NCBI GenBank assembly: GCA_046498265.1
Contig: JAWOBB010000044.1
Location: forward strand, 32,664-96,663
Length of the DNA: 64,000 nucleotides
Origin: Dehalococcoidia bacterium
Lineage (GTDB): Bacteria > Chloroflexota > Dehalococcoidia > SZUA-161 > SpSt-899
Direction of reading: 5' to 3'
Position 1 is the stretch's first letter; every line of letters begins with the position of its first letter. The position numbers and the translations under genes were made by a program. The notes below the pieces were generated by a model that saw only the letters and a list, made by a program, of their open reading frames with translations, had not been told where the DNA came from and did no database searches. This document shows, one piece after another, positions 51,155 through 61,391 of the stretch.

Positions 51155-52345
51155 ATGGATTTCAGATTAACGCCGGAACAGGAGAAACTGAAAGCGGAAT
51201 TCGATTCCCACTTCGCTGAGGAAGCAAAGCGGGCTCCCGAGGGTTGGTTCGGGGGGTTCGAGACCCGTTTCGAAACGGACGAGAACTGGGCTTATTACCG
51301 TTCGGTTATAGATAAAGTTGCCGAGAAAGGCTGGCTTTCCCTTCCCTGGCCCAAGAAATACGGCGGCCAGGAACTGGGGTACCTCGAACAGGCCCTGTTC
51401 GCCCAATCTGCGGAGTATCACCGGGTCCCCGCAATCGACGTTCACCTCTCCATAGTCTCAGCGGGGATGCTGGAATATGCCAGCGAGGAGATGAAGCAGG
51501 AATGGCTGCCCCGCATGGCCAGGGGGGAAATCGACTTCGCCCAGTGCTGGAGCGAGCCCGACGCAGGCTCCGACCTTGCCGCTCTAACCACCCGGGCAGT
51601 CGAAGACGGCGACGAATACGTAATCAATGGCCAGAAGGTCTGGACCACCGGGGCTCACCGGGCAAATCACCTGTTCATACTGGCACGTACGGACACCACT
51701 GTTAAGCCGAACAAAGGCCTTACCTATTTCCTCTGCGAGATAGACAAGCCCGGCATAACCATCAGGCCTGTCTATTACATGAACGGCGGACACGTTTGCA
51801 ACGAGACCTTTTTCGACGATCTCAGAGTACCCAAGAAAAACATCGTCGGCGAGGTAAACCAGGGCTGGAAAGTCACCATGGCCGGGGCCAACTTCGAGCG
51901 ATCCGGGGCAGGAGGTGTCGCCGCCATGCAAAGGGATATGGAGGACCTGGTGGATTTCTGTAAACATACCTATCACCGAGGTCAGGCTTTAAGCAAAGAC
52001 CCTATTGTTCAGCGCAAACTCGCCGACCTGGCGGTGAAAATCGAGACCATGCGGCAATGGGCCTATTTCTGTGCCTGGCAGCAGACAAGAAATCCGATGT
52101 CCTACATGGAACCCTCGGCAAGCAAGTACTATATGACCGAGCTTATGGTGGAGCTGGCCAATACGGGGCTCGAGATTATGGGACTGTACGGACCCCTCAA
52201 GCAGGGCTCCAAGTGGGCTCCCCTTAAAGGCAAGTTTGAAGAGCAATCCCAGATCACCCTGGGCTTCACTATTGCCGGCGGCACATCGGAAACGCAAAAG
52301 AACATTATCGCCTGGTATGGACTTTGGCTGCCCAGAATGAAATAA
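51155..52345 (+). CDS. acyl-CoA dehydrogenase family protein (subunit 2; IVD/LCAD-like)
   Basis: 396 aa. The C-terminus IAGGTSETQKNII resembles IVD, and FER in the helix-G region sits at the IVD-type catalytic Glu position. Confidence 0.8.
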   Translation: MDFRLTPEQEKLKAEFDSHFAEEAKRAPEGWFGGFETRFETDENWAYYRSVIDKVAEKGWLSLPWPKKYGGQELGYLEQALFAQSAEYHRVPAIDVHLSIVSAGMLEYASEEMKQEWLPRMARGEIDFAQCWSEPDAGSDLAALTTRAVEDGDEYVINGQKVWTTGAHRANHLFILARTDTTVKPNKGLTYFLCEIDKPGITIRPVYYMNGGHVCNETFFDDLRVPKKNIVGEVNQGWKVTMAGANFERSGAGGVAAMQRDMEDLVDFCKHTYHRGQALSKDPIVQRKLADLAVKIETMRQWAYFCAWQQTRNPMSYMEPSASKYYMTELMVELANTGLEIMGLYGPLKQGSKWAPLKGKFEEQSQITLGFTIAGGTSETQKNIIAWYGLWLPRMK

Positions 52346-52378
52346 TGGGTAAAGCGAACAAAAAAAGGGGGAATTGGA

Positions 52379-53479
52379 ATGAAAGCAGCAGTATTGTATG
52401 AAGCCGGTAAACCTCTGGTAATCGAGGACGTGGAACTGGACGATCCCAAAGAAAATGAGATAATGATTAAACTCGAGGCCGTCGGGGTGTGCCACACCGA
52501 CCTGAGTTTCATGAAAGGTGAGATGCCCTGCCCCGTGCCCGTTGTGGTGGGACACGAAGGATGCGGCATCGTGGAGAAGGTGGGCCCGGGAGTGACCTCC
52601 GTCCAGCCGGGAGACAAGGTAATTACCATGGTATCGTTTTCCTGCGGCAAGTGCAAATTCTGTGCCCAGGGCATGCCCACCCGCTGCGTTGAGAACATCA
52701 ATATCATGATGATGGCCGAGCTTCCCTTCTTTGCCGGCAAACGAATTCACAAAGGCGATCAGTACATAGCCCAGCTTTTCGGGCTTGGCTCATTTGCCGA
52801 GTACTGCGTCGTGCACGAGCGCTCCGCCGTCAAGGTGAGGGATGATGCCCCCTCCGACGTGGTCTGCCTGATGGGCTGCGGGATAACCACCGGCATCGGC
52901 TCCGCGGTAAACACGGGCAAAGTGAAGGTCGGAGACAGCGTGGTCGTATACGGTGTCGGCGGGGTCGGGCTGGCGGCAGTCATGGGAGCCAAACTGGCCG
53001 GGGCCAGCAATCTCATCGCCGTAGCCCGCTCGCAGAACAAGCTGGACATGGCCAAAGAGCTGGGGGCCGACCATGTGGTCAATCCCAACGAGGTCGAAGA
53101 CCCGGTAGCCAAGGTCCTGGAACTCAGCGGCGGGACCGGATGCGATGTGGCCATCGAAGCCTCCGGCGTGGCATCGGTGATGATGCAGGCCTTCGGGTCG
53201 ATTCACAGCGGCGGCGTCTGCGTTATCGCCGGCATGGCCCCTATGGCCGATACCCTCACTTTCATGCCCTTCGAGTTCCTTCTTGGTAAGACAGTAAAGG
53301 GCACGGTTCAGGGCGATATCATCGGTTCCGTCGACGTTCCCAAGTACGTCGATATGTTTATGGACGGCAAGCTCCCTATCGACAAACTTATCACCAGAAC
53401 GTTCAGCCTGGACCAGGTCAACGAAGCCTTCGAGGCAATGGAGAACAAGCAGGTCCTCAGAAGCGTGGTCAAACTCTAG
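52379..53479 (+). CDS. zinc-dependent alcohol dehydrogenase (MDR family, benzyl/aryl/allylic alcohol dehydrogenase-like)
   Basis: GHEGCGIV catalytic-zinc motif, CGKCKFC structural-zinc motif and a GxGxxG NAD fold. Confidence 0.85.
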   Translation: MKAAVLYEAGKPLVIEDVELDDPKENEIMIKLEAVGVCHTDLSFMKGEMPCPVPVVVGHEGCGIVEKVGPGVTSVQPGDKVITMVSFSCGKCKFCAQGMPTRCVENINIMMMAELPFFAGKRIHKGDQYIAQLFGLGSFAEYCVVHERSAVKVRDDAPSDVVCLMGCGITTGIGSAVNTGKVKVGDSVVVYGVGGVGLAAVMGAKLAGASNLIAVARSQNKLDMAKELGADHVVNPNEVEDPVAKVLELSGGTGCDVAIEASGVASVMMQAFGSIHSGGVCVIAGMAPMADTLTFMPFEFLLGKTVKGTVQGDIIGSVDVPKYVDMFMDGKLPIDKLITRTFSLDQVNEAFEAMENKQVLRSVVKL

Positions 53480-53590
53480 CTATATTTGTCGGTAAACACC
53501 CGAACAAATACGAGGCGGATGTTGCTATTCGCCTCGTATTCTTGTATATTAAGGTTTACCATAAATCAGGAACACATTCCCCTAATCGTA

Positions 53591-54814
53591 ATGTCAGGTA
53601 CAAAAAAGACGAAAGCCCGGCTCCTCGAAGAACTGGCGGCGCTTCGCGAGCAGCTTACTCAAATCGAAGCCGCGGCCAGCCAGCGCAAGCAAGCCGAAAA
53701 GGCCCTGCGAAGAAAAGGGGAACAGTTACAGGCCCTGATCGAGAACTCGCTCGAGGATGTGGCCGTCCTTAACAGCGACGGAACCGTGCGCTATCAGAGC
53801 CCCTCCATGGGCCGGGTGCTGGGATATGAACCGGCCGACCAGACAGGATCGAACGCTTTCGATTACATCCACCCCGAAGACAGGCAAACTGCGGAACAGG
53901 CACTTAAACAGGTAAAGGAGAATCCCGGTTCTCCCCTGCATGTAGAGCTTCGTGCCCCTCACAGCGACGGCACATGGCACACCGTGGAAGTGGTGCTCCG
54001 CAACCTCCTTGACGACCCGAGCACAAGCGGCATCCTGGCCAATTTCAGGGATATCACGGAGCGCAAGCTTGCGGAAGAGGCCAGGATAAGACATGCAGCG
54101 GCCCTGGCCCGGGCCCAGGAGCTGCAGCACTCCCGGCAGCGAATCGTTACGGTGCAGGAATCGCTCAGGAGGGATATCGCCCAGCAGCTTCACGGCACGG
54201 TGCAGAACAGGCTCATCATCATTCTGCACAAGCTGGCGGACCTGGAAAAGAAGACCTCGGCAACGGAAATTGCCGAAGAACTCGACGATACACGCCGAAA
54301 ACTGGCAGAGGTAATGGAAGACCAGGTACGACCTATCAGTCATCGTCTATACCCTTCAATCCTGCGCCGGGGACTGGCCGCCTCACTTCAGTCCCTGGGA
54401 GATCAGTTCGAGACAGCACTGGAGATCGAAACCGACCTCGATGAGGAAATCCAGAAAGAGGAAAGGATCGAGCCCAAACTCATCCCGGAACAGGTTCGCC
54501 TGTCAGCCTATCGAATTGCTGAAGAGGCCCTCACCAACGCCGTCAAATATGCCAGGGGAAGCAAGGTCAACATCACAATGAAAAAACTGCCGGAAGGCTG
54601 GTTCCGGCTTTCGATAAAGGACAGCGGCCCGGGATTCGACACCGCCGGGACTGACAGCGGGCTGGGGATGCTCATGATGCAGGATTACGCCGAAATGGCA
54701 GGGGGCAATTGTACCATACGGAGCATGCGCGGGGAGGGAACCGAAGTGACAGCTACTCTTCCCCTCGGAGAGCCAGACGGAGAGCCTCCAGAGAAAACGA
54801 CACCTTGGGAATGA
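53591..54814 (+). CDS. PAS-domain sensor histidine kinase (HisKA_3/NarX-type)
   Basis: Coiled-coil, a PAS domain, an H-box (ISHRLYPSIL) and a HATPase_c domain. The ORF track starts at 53486. Confidence 0.8.
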   Translation: MSGTKKTKARLLEELAALREQLTQIEAAASQRKQAEKALRRKGEQLQALIENSLEDVAVLNSDGTVRYQSPSMGRVLGYEPADQTGSNAFDYIHPEDRQTAEQALKQVKENPGSPLHVELRAPHSDGTWHTVEVVLRNLLDDPSTSGILANFRDITERKLAEEARIRHAAALARAQELQHSRQRIVTVQESLRRDIAQQLHGTVQNRLIIILHKLADLEKKTSATEIAEELDDTRRKLAEVMEDQVRPISHRLYPSILRRGLAASLQSLGDQFETALEIETDLDEEIQKEERIEPKLIPEQVRLSAYRIAEEALTNAVKYARGSKVNITMKKLPEGWFRLSIKDSGPGFDTAGTDSGLGMLMMQDYAEMAGGNCTIRSMRGEGTEVTATLPLGEPDGEPPEKTTPWE

Positions 54815-55136
54815 AAGTCAGCGCCCCCGCCTCTTTCGCCAGCCTCTCATACACCCGTTCAGCATAGGCACTGACCAGTACCGCTCTGGTCCCGGGGAAG
54901 CGTTCCTGAATACAGCGGGTCACTTCCAGGCCGTCGGGAGGCGGCATATACATATCCGCAATGACCAGATCGGGCTTTAGTGAAGGGATTATGTCAATGG
55001 CCTCGCTCCCGTTAGCAGCCTCCCCTACCACCCGGAAATCCACGCTGTTTCCAAACAGGGTTCGGAGCCAATGGCGGAATTCGGGCTCATCGTCCACGAC
55101 CACTACGCTGTAGGTGTAACTCTCCTCCATATACAT
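54753..55136 (-). CDS. single-domain response regulator (REC only)
   Basis: VVVVDDEPEF...ADMYMPPPDG receiver motifs. The 3' end overlaps the kinase 3' end by 62 nt on the opposite strand. Confidence 0.7.
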   Translation of the reverse strand: MYMEESYTYSVVVVDDEPEFRHWLRTLFGNSVDFRVVGEAANGSEAIDIIPSLKPDLVIADMYMPPPDGLEVTRCIQERFPGTRAVLVSAYAERVYERLAKEAGALTFIPKVSFSLEALRLALRGEE

Positions 55137-55162
55137 TCAGGTTAAACGTTTCGGGAGAGGGG

Positions 55163-55184
55163 CACCATAGTGCTAGCCTGATGT
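55163..55184. repeat. left arm of an imperfect ~22-bp inverted repeat (core GTGCTAGCCTGAT) flanking the LuxR-type regulator gene; partner at 55962-55984
   Basis: 13/13 core identity and about 19/23 extended identity. Both copies are intergenic. Confidence 0.4.
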
Positions 55185-55192
55185 TTGCTTTG

Positions 55193-55861
55193 TCATCGGG
55201 GGCGGCTGACGGAATCCTCTATATACATCAGGGTGGCCTTTACCCGGGCATGCATACCCGGCTCATTGGTAAGCTGAAGCTCCTGATAGATGGTATTGAT
55301 ATAGGTCTCAACCGATTTTTCGGAAAGTGACAAAAGCCTTGCTATGGAAGCGTTATTGTAACCTTGAGCCATGAGCTCCAGCACATCCTGGTGGCGACGT
55401 GTCAAGCGCGCTATCGGGGATCCTTCTCTGGGCTGCAGACTGGAAACCACAGCCGGATCAAGCACCACCATTCCCTCAATACTCCCCTGTATAGCCCTGG
55501 TCACTGTAGCTATATCCGGCACCGTCTGCTTGAGAAGATACGCCCAGCCCGGTACCTCATCAACGGGCAGGCTGGTAATATATCGACGCTCGCTGTGTGC
55601 GGAAAGGATAACTATGCCGGTCTCCGGCCGCCTGCTTTTAATCTTGAGGGCCGCCTCTATTCCGTCCATCTGGCCGGCAAGCTCGATATCCATAAGGATG
55701 GCATCCGGCGCTTCCTTCTCAGCAAGCCGAACCGCAGTTTCCCCATCAACGGCTGTGCCCACCACTTCCAGATCGGGCTGTGCCGAAAGGGTATGCCGCA
55801 ACAGCTCCCTTAAGAGATCTTCGTCATCGACTATGACTATTCTCTTTTTAGTTTTAGGCAT
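55193..55861 (-). CDS. NarL/LuxR-family response regulator (REC + HTH)
   Basis: IVIVDDEDLLRELL receiver plus a C-terminal LuxR HTH (LTRRHQDVLELMAQGYNNASIA). Confidence 0.85.
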   Translation of the reverse strand: MPKTKKRIVIVDDEDLLRELLRHTLSAQPDLEVVGTAVDGETAVRLAEKEAPDAILMDIELAGQMDGIEAALKIKSRRPETGIVILSAHSERRYITSLPVDEVPGWAYLLKQTVPDIATVTRAIQGSIEGMVVLDPAVVSSLQPREGSPIARLTRRHQDVLELMAQGYNNASIARLLSLSEKSVETYINTIYQELQLTNEPGMHARVKATLMYIEDSVSRPR

Positions 55862-56129
55862 AAAATTCCCTGTCGGTTGCCCCCGAAAATGATTGCTCAG
55901 AAAGAGACTTAGGAAAGATGGGGCCTCTGATTAATTATGTCAGTCACCAGCAGCATTGTCCATATATCAGGCTAGCACCATGTCATGCGACGCTGGCTTT
56001 ATGATATGCTGAAGCAAAAATAACGGGCTCTAAAAAACGATTGCACTTCACTAACTTTATGTCAAGCACTTAGCAGGGCTTAAAAGCTGAATCAAACCAG
56101 GAAAATATAATTTCAAAAAGGAGGAGTAT

Positions 56130-57881
56130 ATGCCCAACGAAGAAAGGTATGACTTTGTCATCGTGGGTGGTGGTCCCAACGGAACAGCGCTGGCTTCATA
56201 TTTAGGCAAATGCGGGGCCAGTGTTTGTGTTCTGGAAGAGAGAACCGAGGCCGGGGGCTCGTGCGAGAACACTGAGCCGTTCCCGGGCGTGCGCATTACC
56301 CCGCACGCCATGTACATGTATGGAGGTCCGGCACCCGGTTTCGATCAGCTGGAGCTCGGCAAATACGGTTTCCGCATGGACTGGAGCCCCATGGCCGAAA
56401 ACCTGATGGCCCAAAAGGAATCGGGGGTCAAGGTATCCGATGGAGTAGCATCCATCACCGATAAGGACATGATGGGCTGGGGCAAGCTGGCCGGGGTAAC
56501 CACCGAGCAGCCTTACATCAGGGAACTGCTCCGGTCGATTTTCTGGACCCCGCCGCACCCTCCTGAAATCGAGGTCACACCGGAAAACGTTCCCTACATG
56601 CAGGTATACAAGCAGCACGATCCTTCCATATGGACCGAGGAGCTGCTGGACATGACCATGTTCGATCTCATGGACGAATACTGTGAGACCGAGCCGTTCA
56701 AGGTGATGCAGGCAGCGGTTGCCTGGTATTCCGGCGCGGCTGGACACTGGGAAGGGGTGGCTATCCCCGCTATCGGGTGCGATATAACCCTGACCCTTTA
56801 CAGCGGCCTCAGCGTACCGCGCGGCGGCATGCATGACTACTTCCATGCCATCATCCGTTCGGCCATCGCCAACGGCGCTGTCATCCGAACCTGCTGTCCG
56901 GTGGAAGAGATCATTATCGAGAACGGCCGGGCGGCCGGCGTGCGCCTGCGGGAGACCGCCACCTGCGATGAAAAGAAGATATGGGCCAACAAAGCCGTCA
57001 TCAGCGGGGTTGATGTCCGGCAGACCTTCATCGATTTAATCGGCAAAAAGCACCTGGGAGACAGCTTCCTCAGGAAGGTTAAGGATATCAGCCTCAAGGG
57101 AGGCAGTATCTGGGTATCGCACCTTATCACCAAACAACCACTGCGCCCCAGAGAGAAATTCAAGACTCTGAACCAATCGGAGCCAGGGCAGGTCGGCGGA
57201 CCTTTCCCCTGCGATTCGCGGGATATTTACTACGAGCACGTCGCGGACGTGGACGGGCGGAAGGGAGCCCCGACTGTTCCACCGGAAAGGTTGATGTGGC
57301 TGGCTACACAAAGCGACAGGTTCTCCGGAACCGATCCGCAGTGTTCCGTCCCGGGATGGTATCTCGAATCACCGTATTATGTACTGGTCCCGCCGCCGGA
57401 GTATGAGCAGGAAGACCCCTGGAGCACCAGAAAAGAGGACTTCCAGCAGGGCCGTCCCGGCACCGTGGATGAAAAGAAAGAGGAAATCAATGCCTATATG
57501 CGCAAGGCTTTCAGCATAGTGCTGGAAAACCTTGACGACGACCTTATCATGCACCTGGCCAATACGCCTTACGAATCGGAATTCCGCAACACCGGTCTTA
57601 TCGGCGGTACCTGGTGCGGAACGCGGCACTGCGACGACCAGTGGGGTGAGACCCGCCCCATACCGGAACTGTCTCGATACCGGACTCCCATAGACGGTCT
57701 TTATGTATGCAACCAGACCTGCGGCCATCCGGGCGGGCTGGCCCTGATGGCCATTCCCTATAACCTGATGCATATCCTGATTGAGGACGGCATGGTAGAG
57801 CCCGGCAGCTGGTGGTATGCATCGCCATGGTACATACCCCAGGACGGCAAGATACCGGCCAACAAGAACGGAGTCAAATAA
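56130..57881 (+). CDS. FAD-dependent oxidoreductase, phytoene-desaturase/CrtI (COG1233) family, paralog 1
   Basis: N-terminal dinucleotide fold DFVIVGGGPNGTALASYL...LEERTEAGG; 583 aa. Confidence 0.75.
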   Translation: MPNEERYDFVIVGGGPNGTALASYLGKCGASVCVLEERTEAGGSCENTEPFPGVRITPHAMYMYGGPAPGFDQLELGKYGFRMDWSPMAENLMAQKESGVKVSDGVASITDKDMMGWGKLAGVTTEQPYIRELLRSIFWTPPHPPEIEVTPENVPYMQVYKQHDPSIWTEELLDMTMFDLMDEYCETEPFKVMQAAVAWYSGAAGHWEGVAIPAIGCDITLTLYSGLSVPRGGMHDYFHAIIRSAIANGAVIRTCCPVEEIIIENGRAAGVRLRETATCDEKKIWANKAVISGVDVRQTFIDLIGKKHLGDSFLRKVKDISLKGGSIWVSHLITKQPLRPREKFKTLNQSEPGQVGGPFPCDSRDIYYEHVADVDGRKGAPTVPPERLMWLATQSDRFSGTDPQCSVPGWYLESPYYVLVPPPEYEQEDPWSTRKEDFQQGRPGTVDEKKEEINAYMRKAFSIVLENLDDDLIMHLANTPYESEFRNTGLIGGTWCGTRHCDDQWGETRPIPELSRYRTPIDGLYVCNQTCGHPGGLALMAIPYNLMHILIEDGMVEPGSWWYASPWYIPQDGKIPANKNGVK

Positions 57882-57892
57882 GGAGGAATGCA

Positions 57893-59581
57893 ATGCCTAC
57901 AGTAAAGAAACCAAACCTGATATTCGGTATGCCGTTTGAGGAGTTTCCCGATGAAACCGAATGGGATGCCATAGTAGTAGGCGCCGGGCCTAATGGACTG
58001 ATCGCCGCAGCCTACCTGGCCAAGGCCGGCTTGAAAGTGGCACTGGTCGACCGCCGCTACGAGATCGGGGGCGGGCTGGCTACGGACGAGGTCCTCTTCC
58101 CCGGGTATTATTCCAACAATCACGCCATTTACCATATGATGGTCGATTATATGCCTGTTTTGCAGGATTTCGATTTCGGCAAATACGGCTTTCAGTGGAT
58201 CAAGCCCAATGCCCAGACAGGCGCCGTTTTCGACAGCGGGGAGTCACTGGTCCTGGCCCATATGATTGAGGACACCAAGGATTCCATCACCAAGTTCTCC
58301 TTTAAGGATGCCGTTACTTACGGGCGCCTCATGAGGCAATGGAAAAAGATCGTGGCCGATATTCTCGGCCCGGCCACTTATCTGCCTCCCATGCTCCCAA
58401 TCGAAATCACTATGACCATGCAGAAAACCCCTGTCGGCCAGCAGATGCTGGAGCTGGCTGAGGAGAGCGCTCTCAACATCATCAACAGCAATTTCGAGAA
58501 CGACAGGCTCCGGGCGGCAATGCTGTACAACTGCTGCATCTGGGGGCTCGACCCCAGGGAGACCGGCGTGGGAATGTTCGTGGCACTTTACAGCGATCGG
58601 ATGATCAATAAATGCTACTGCCAGGGCGGTTCCCATAAACTGGCCGGCGCACTGGCACGAGAAATCCTGAGTAACGGGGGGATCATCATCGATGCCTGCG
58701 AGGCAACCAAAATCATGATGGAGGGAGGCAAGGTAGCCGGCATCGAAACCAGAGAGGGACGCGTGCTGAAGAGCAAGGTGATCATGTCCACGCTGGACCC
58801 CCATACCACCTTCCTCGACCTGCTGGGGAAGGAGAATATGAGCCCCGATCTGGCCGAATCCATTGAGGGCTGGAAATATGACAAATGGAGCTATTTCACC
58901 GTACATGTGGCCACCAAAGAGCCCCCGCGTTACAATTGCGACGACCCCTGGGTCAACGAATCCTTCATGAATCTGGTGGGAGTCGAAGGTGAAGACCAGC
59001 TGCTGGCCCACTGGGACAACGTGGTCAGCGGGAAAATCGATTTGAACAATATCGCCGGTCACGCCACCTGCGAGAGCCAGCTGGATCCTCACCTGGTCCA
59101 CTCGCCATATGGGGGACACGTTTCCTTCTTCCAGATGCACGCCCCCTACGATATCGAAGGCGGATGGGACAAGATGGGGCCGGAGCTGCTGGAAGCGGTA
59201 CTGGCCAGATGGCAGAAGGTTGCTCCCAATATGACCAAGAACAACATCCTCAAGGTAACTTACGAAACGCCGGTAGGAATCGAGCTTCGCTTCCCCAACA
59301 TGCGCTACGGGGCCATTAAGCACGGCGACTACAAGCCCATCCAGCTCGGGTGTTTCCGGCCTAACCAGGAATGCTCGAGCTCGGCAACTCCCATACCGGG
59401 GCTTTATACCTGCGGCGCCTCCAATTATCCGGGAGGTGCGGTACTGGGCGGCCCCGGCTACATCGGCGCCAACAAGGTGGCCGAGGACCTGGGCGTTACC
59501 AAGTGGTGGAAGCCGACCCCTCAAATGGAAAAATACACCCAGGTCTACCTGGAATCACCCATGGGCGGTTTGCCGACCTAA
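57893..59581 (+). CDS. FAD-dependent oxidoreductase, CrtI/COG1233 family, paralog 2
   Basis: ATG after AAGGAGG. AIVVGAGPNGLIAAAYLAKAGLKVALVDRRYEIGGG. It lies 11 nt after paralog 1. Confidence 0.8.
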   Translation: MPTVKKPNLIFGMPFEEFPDETEWDAIVVGAGPNGLIAAAYLAKAGLKVALVDRRYEIGGGLATDEVLFPGYYSNNHAIYHMMVDYMPVLQDFDFGKYGFQWIKPNAQTGAVFDSGESLVLAHMIEDTKDSITKFSFKDAVTYGRLMRQWKKIVADILGPATYLPPMLPIEITMTMQKTPVGQQMLELAEESALNIINSNFENDRLRAAMLYNCCIWGLDPRETGVGMFVALYSDRMINKCYCQGGSHKLAGALAREILSNGGIIIDACEATKIMMEGGKVAGIETREGRVLKSKVIMSTLDPHTTFLDLLGKENMSPDLAESIEGWKYDKWSYFTVHVATKEPPRYNCDDPWVNESFMNLVGVEGEDQLLAHWDNVVSGKIDLNNIAGHATCESQLDPHLVHSPYGGHVSFFQMHAPYDIEGGWDKMGPELLEAVLARWQKVAPNMTKNNILKVTYETPVGIELRFPNMRYGAIKHGDYKPIQLGCFRPNQECSSSATPIPGLYTCGASNYPGGAVLGGPGYIGANKVAEDLGVTKWWKPTPQMEKYTQVYLESPMGGLPT

Positions 59582-59849
59582 TAGTTAATCGGTTGGATGG
59601 TTGATGGCCGGCTGGTTGAACCTCCATCTCAATCGAAAATGACAGGAGAAGTTCACTGGCTGCCGAACCATTCAACCAGAGAACTAATAAATCAATAAAG
59701 AAAGGAGGCTCAAGTAGCAAAAACTTGCTGCCAAAAAACTAACAGCAAGAAATATTTCGGTGTAGACAAATATTCGGCTGGAGCGTATAATAGCAGGCAG
59801 AAATTAATAGCTGACTCAAGTAAAATTATGGAGGGAGGAAGCAGTCTCT

Positions 59850-60647
59850 ATGGCCATAAATAAGATTGTAGATAGTTTTGACGAAGCCGTAGCGGATGTC
59901 TTTGACGGCGCTACCGTCATGGTCGGGGGTTTCGGCACAGTAGTCAGCATTCCAAGTTGCCTGTTGGAAGCCATCTATCGAAAAGGTGTCAAAAACCTCA
60001 CCACGGTATCCAATGCCAGCGGATTCGGGTCGGATGTATGGAAACTGCAGGGCGCGCCGTTCCCCGAGGATATGGACATCCTCATTCGAAACGAGCGAGT
60101 GAAAAAAGCAATCGTCTCAGCTCCCATCAGTGCACTCTATGTAAACAACTTCGAACAGCTCTGGCGAGACGGGAAAATCGAGCGGGAGATGGTGCCCCAG
60201 GGCACCCTGGCAGAGCGTATCCGCGCCGCCAAAGCAGGGTTAGGGGGTGTTTATATTCCCACCGGCGTCGGGACGGTAGTGGAAGAGGGAAAGGAGAAAA
60301 AGGTCATCAACGGACAGGAATACCTCCTGGAACTCCCTATTCATGCCGATTTCGCCATCATCCACGCCCACAAGGCCGACCGCTTTGGCAACCTGGTATA
60401 CCGGGGAACCTCCCGCACCTTCAACCCGGTGATGGCCGGGGCGGCTAAAGTGACCATCGCCGAAGTCGATGAGATCGTCGAGGCCGGCGAGCTTGACCCC
60501 GAGGTCATCGTCACGCCGGGCGTATATGTCCAGCGAGTGGTCAAGCGTCCCGAGCCCGAATCAGCCGAGGGCGAGATAACGGATGAGCAGGCAAAGGAAT
60601 CGCTCTCCAAATTCCAGGAAGATGTGAAACGGGCCACTGACAAGTAG
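59850..60647 (+). CDS. family I CoA-transferase subunit A (3-oxoacid/AtoD-like) with a C-terminal extension
   Basis: VMVGGFGTVV and glutamate-bearing active-site region; 265 aa. Confidence 0.8.
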   Translation: MAINKIVDSFDEAVADVFDGATVMVGGFGTVVSIPSCLLEAIYRKGVKNLTTVSNASGFGSDVWKLQGAPFPEDMDILIRNERVKKAIVSAPISALYVNNFEQLWRDGKIEREMVPQGTLAERIRAAKAGLGGVYIPTGVGTVVEEGKEKKVINGQEYLLELPIHADFAIIHAHKADRFGNLVYRGTSRTFNPVMAGAAKVTIAEVDEIVEAGELDPEVIVTPGVYVQRVVKRPEPESAEGEITDEQAKESLSKFQEDVKRATDK

Positions 60648-60654
60648 GGGGTGC

Positions 60655-61347
60655 ATGATGGCAATCAGAGAAGAGTTAATACAGAAAGACAAGCTCGACC
60701 GACAGGTAATGGCCCTGCGGGTGGCCAGGGAATTCCAGGATGGCGATATGGTTAATCTCGGGCAGGGCATACCCACCCTTTGTTCCAATTTCGTTCCAGC
60801 AGAGAGGGAGGTCATCTTCCAGAGCGAGAACGGCGTGATGGGATATGGGGAGATAACCCTCCCCGGAGAAGGGGACCTTGACATAGTGAACGCCAGCGGA
60901 CAAACCGTTCATCCCGCACCGGGGATGTGCTTCTTCGATAACTGCGAATCGTTCGTGATGATACGGGGCGGACACCTCGATATCACCGTCATGGGCGCTT
61001 ATCAGGTTTCCGAAAGAGGCGACCTGTGCAACTATATGGTGCCGGCCCGGCAGGTCGGGACCATCGGCGGGGCAATGGACCTTGCCTTCGGGGCCAAGAG
61101 GGTTATCATCGTAATGAACCACATCACCAAAGAAGGCGGCTATCGAATTAGAAAAGAGCCCGATTACGAAATAACCGCTCCGCGTTGCGTAAGCCTTCTG
61201 GTAACCGATATCGCGGTCATTGAGGTCACCGACAAAGGCATGGTGCTCAAAGAATACGCTCCCGGCTGGACCCCTGAGGAAGTACAGGAACTGACCGAGC
61301 CGACGCTCATCATCGCTCCCGATTGTGGTGAAATGACGCTGGCATAA
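60655..61347 (+). CDS. family I CoA-transferase subunit B (AtoA-like)
   Basis: 230 aa subunit B, directly downstream of subunit A. Confidence 0.8.
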   Translation: MMAIREELIQKDKLDRQVMALRVAREFQDGDMVNLGQGIPTLCSNFVPAEREVIFQSENGVMGYGEITLPGEGDLDIVNASGQTVHPAPGMCFFDNCESFVMIRGGHLDITVMGAYQVSERGDLCNYMVPARQVGTIGGAMDLAFGAKRVIIVMNHITKEGGYRIRKEPDYEITAPRCVSLLVTDIAVIEVTDKGMVLKEYAPGWTPEEVQELTEPTLIIAPDCGEMTLA

Positions 61348-61391
61348 TAAAGTCTACACCTCAGTATAAAGGCTACTGGGAAATTTAAATA

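Noticed and set aside
55170-55978. The inverted repeat read as terminal repeats of a mobile element carrying the LuxR regulator.
   Set aside because: No transposase, no target-site duplication and only 13 perfect bases. Operator sites or chance are more likely.
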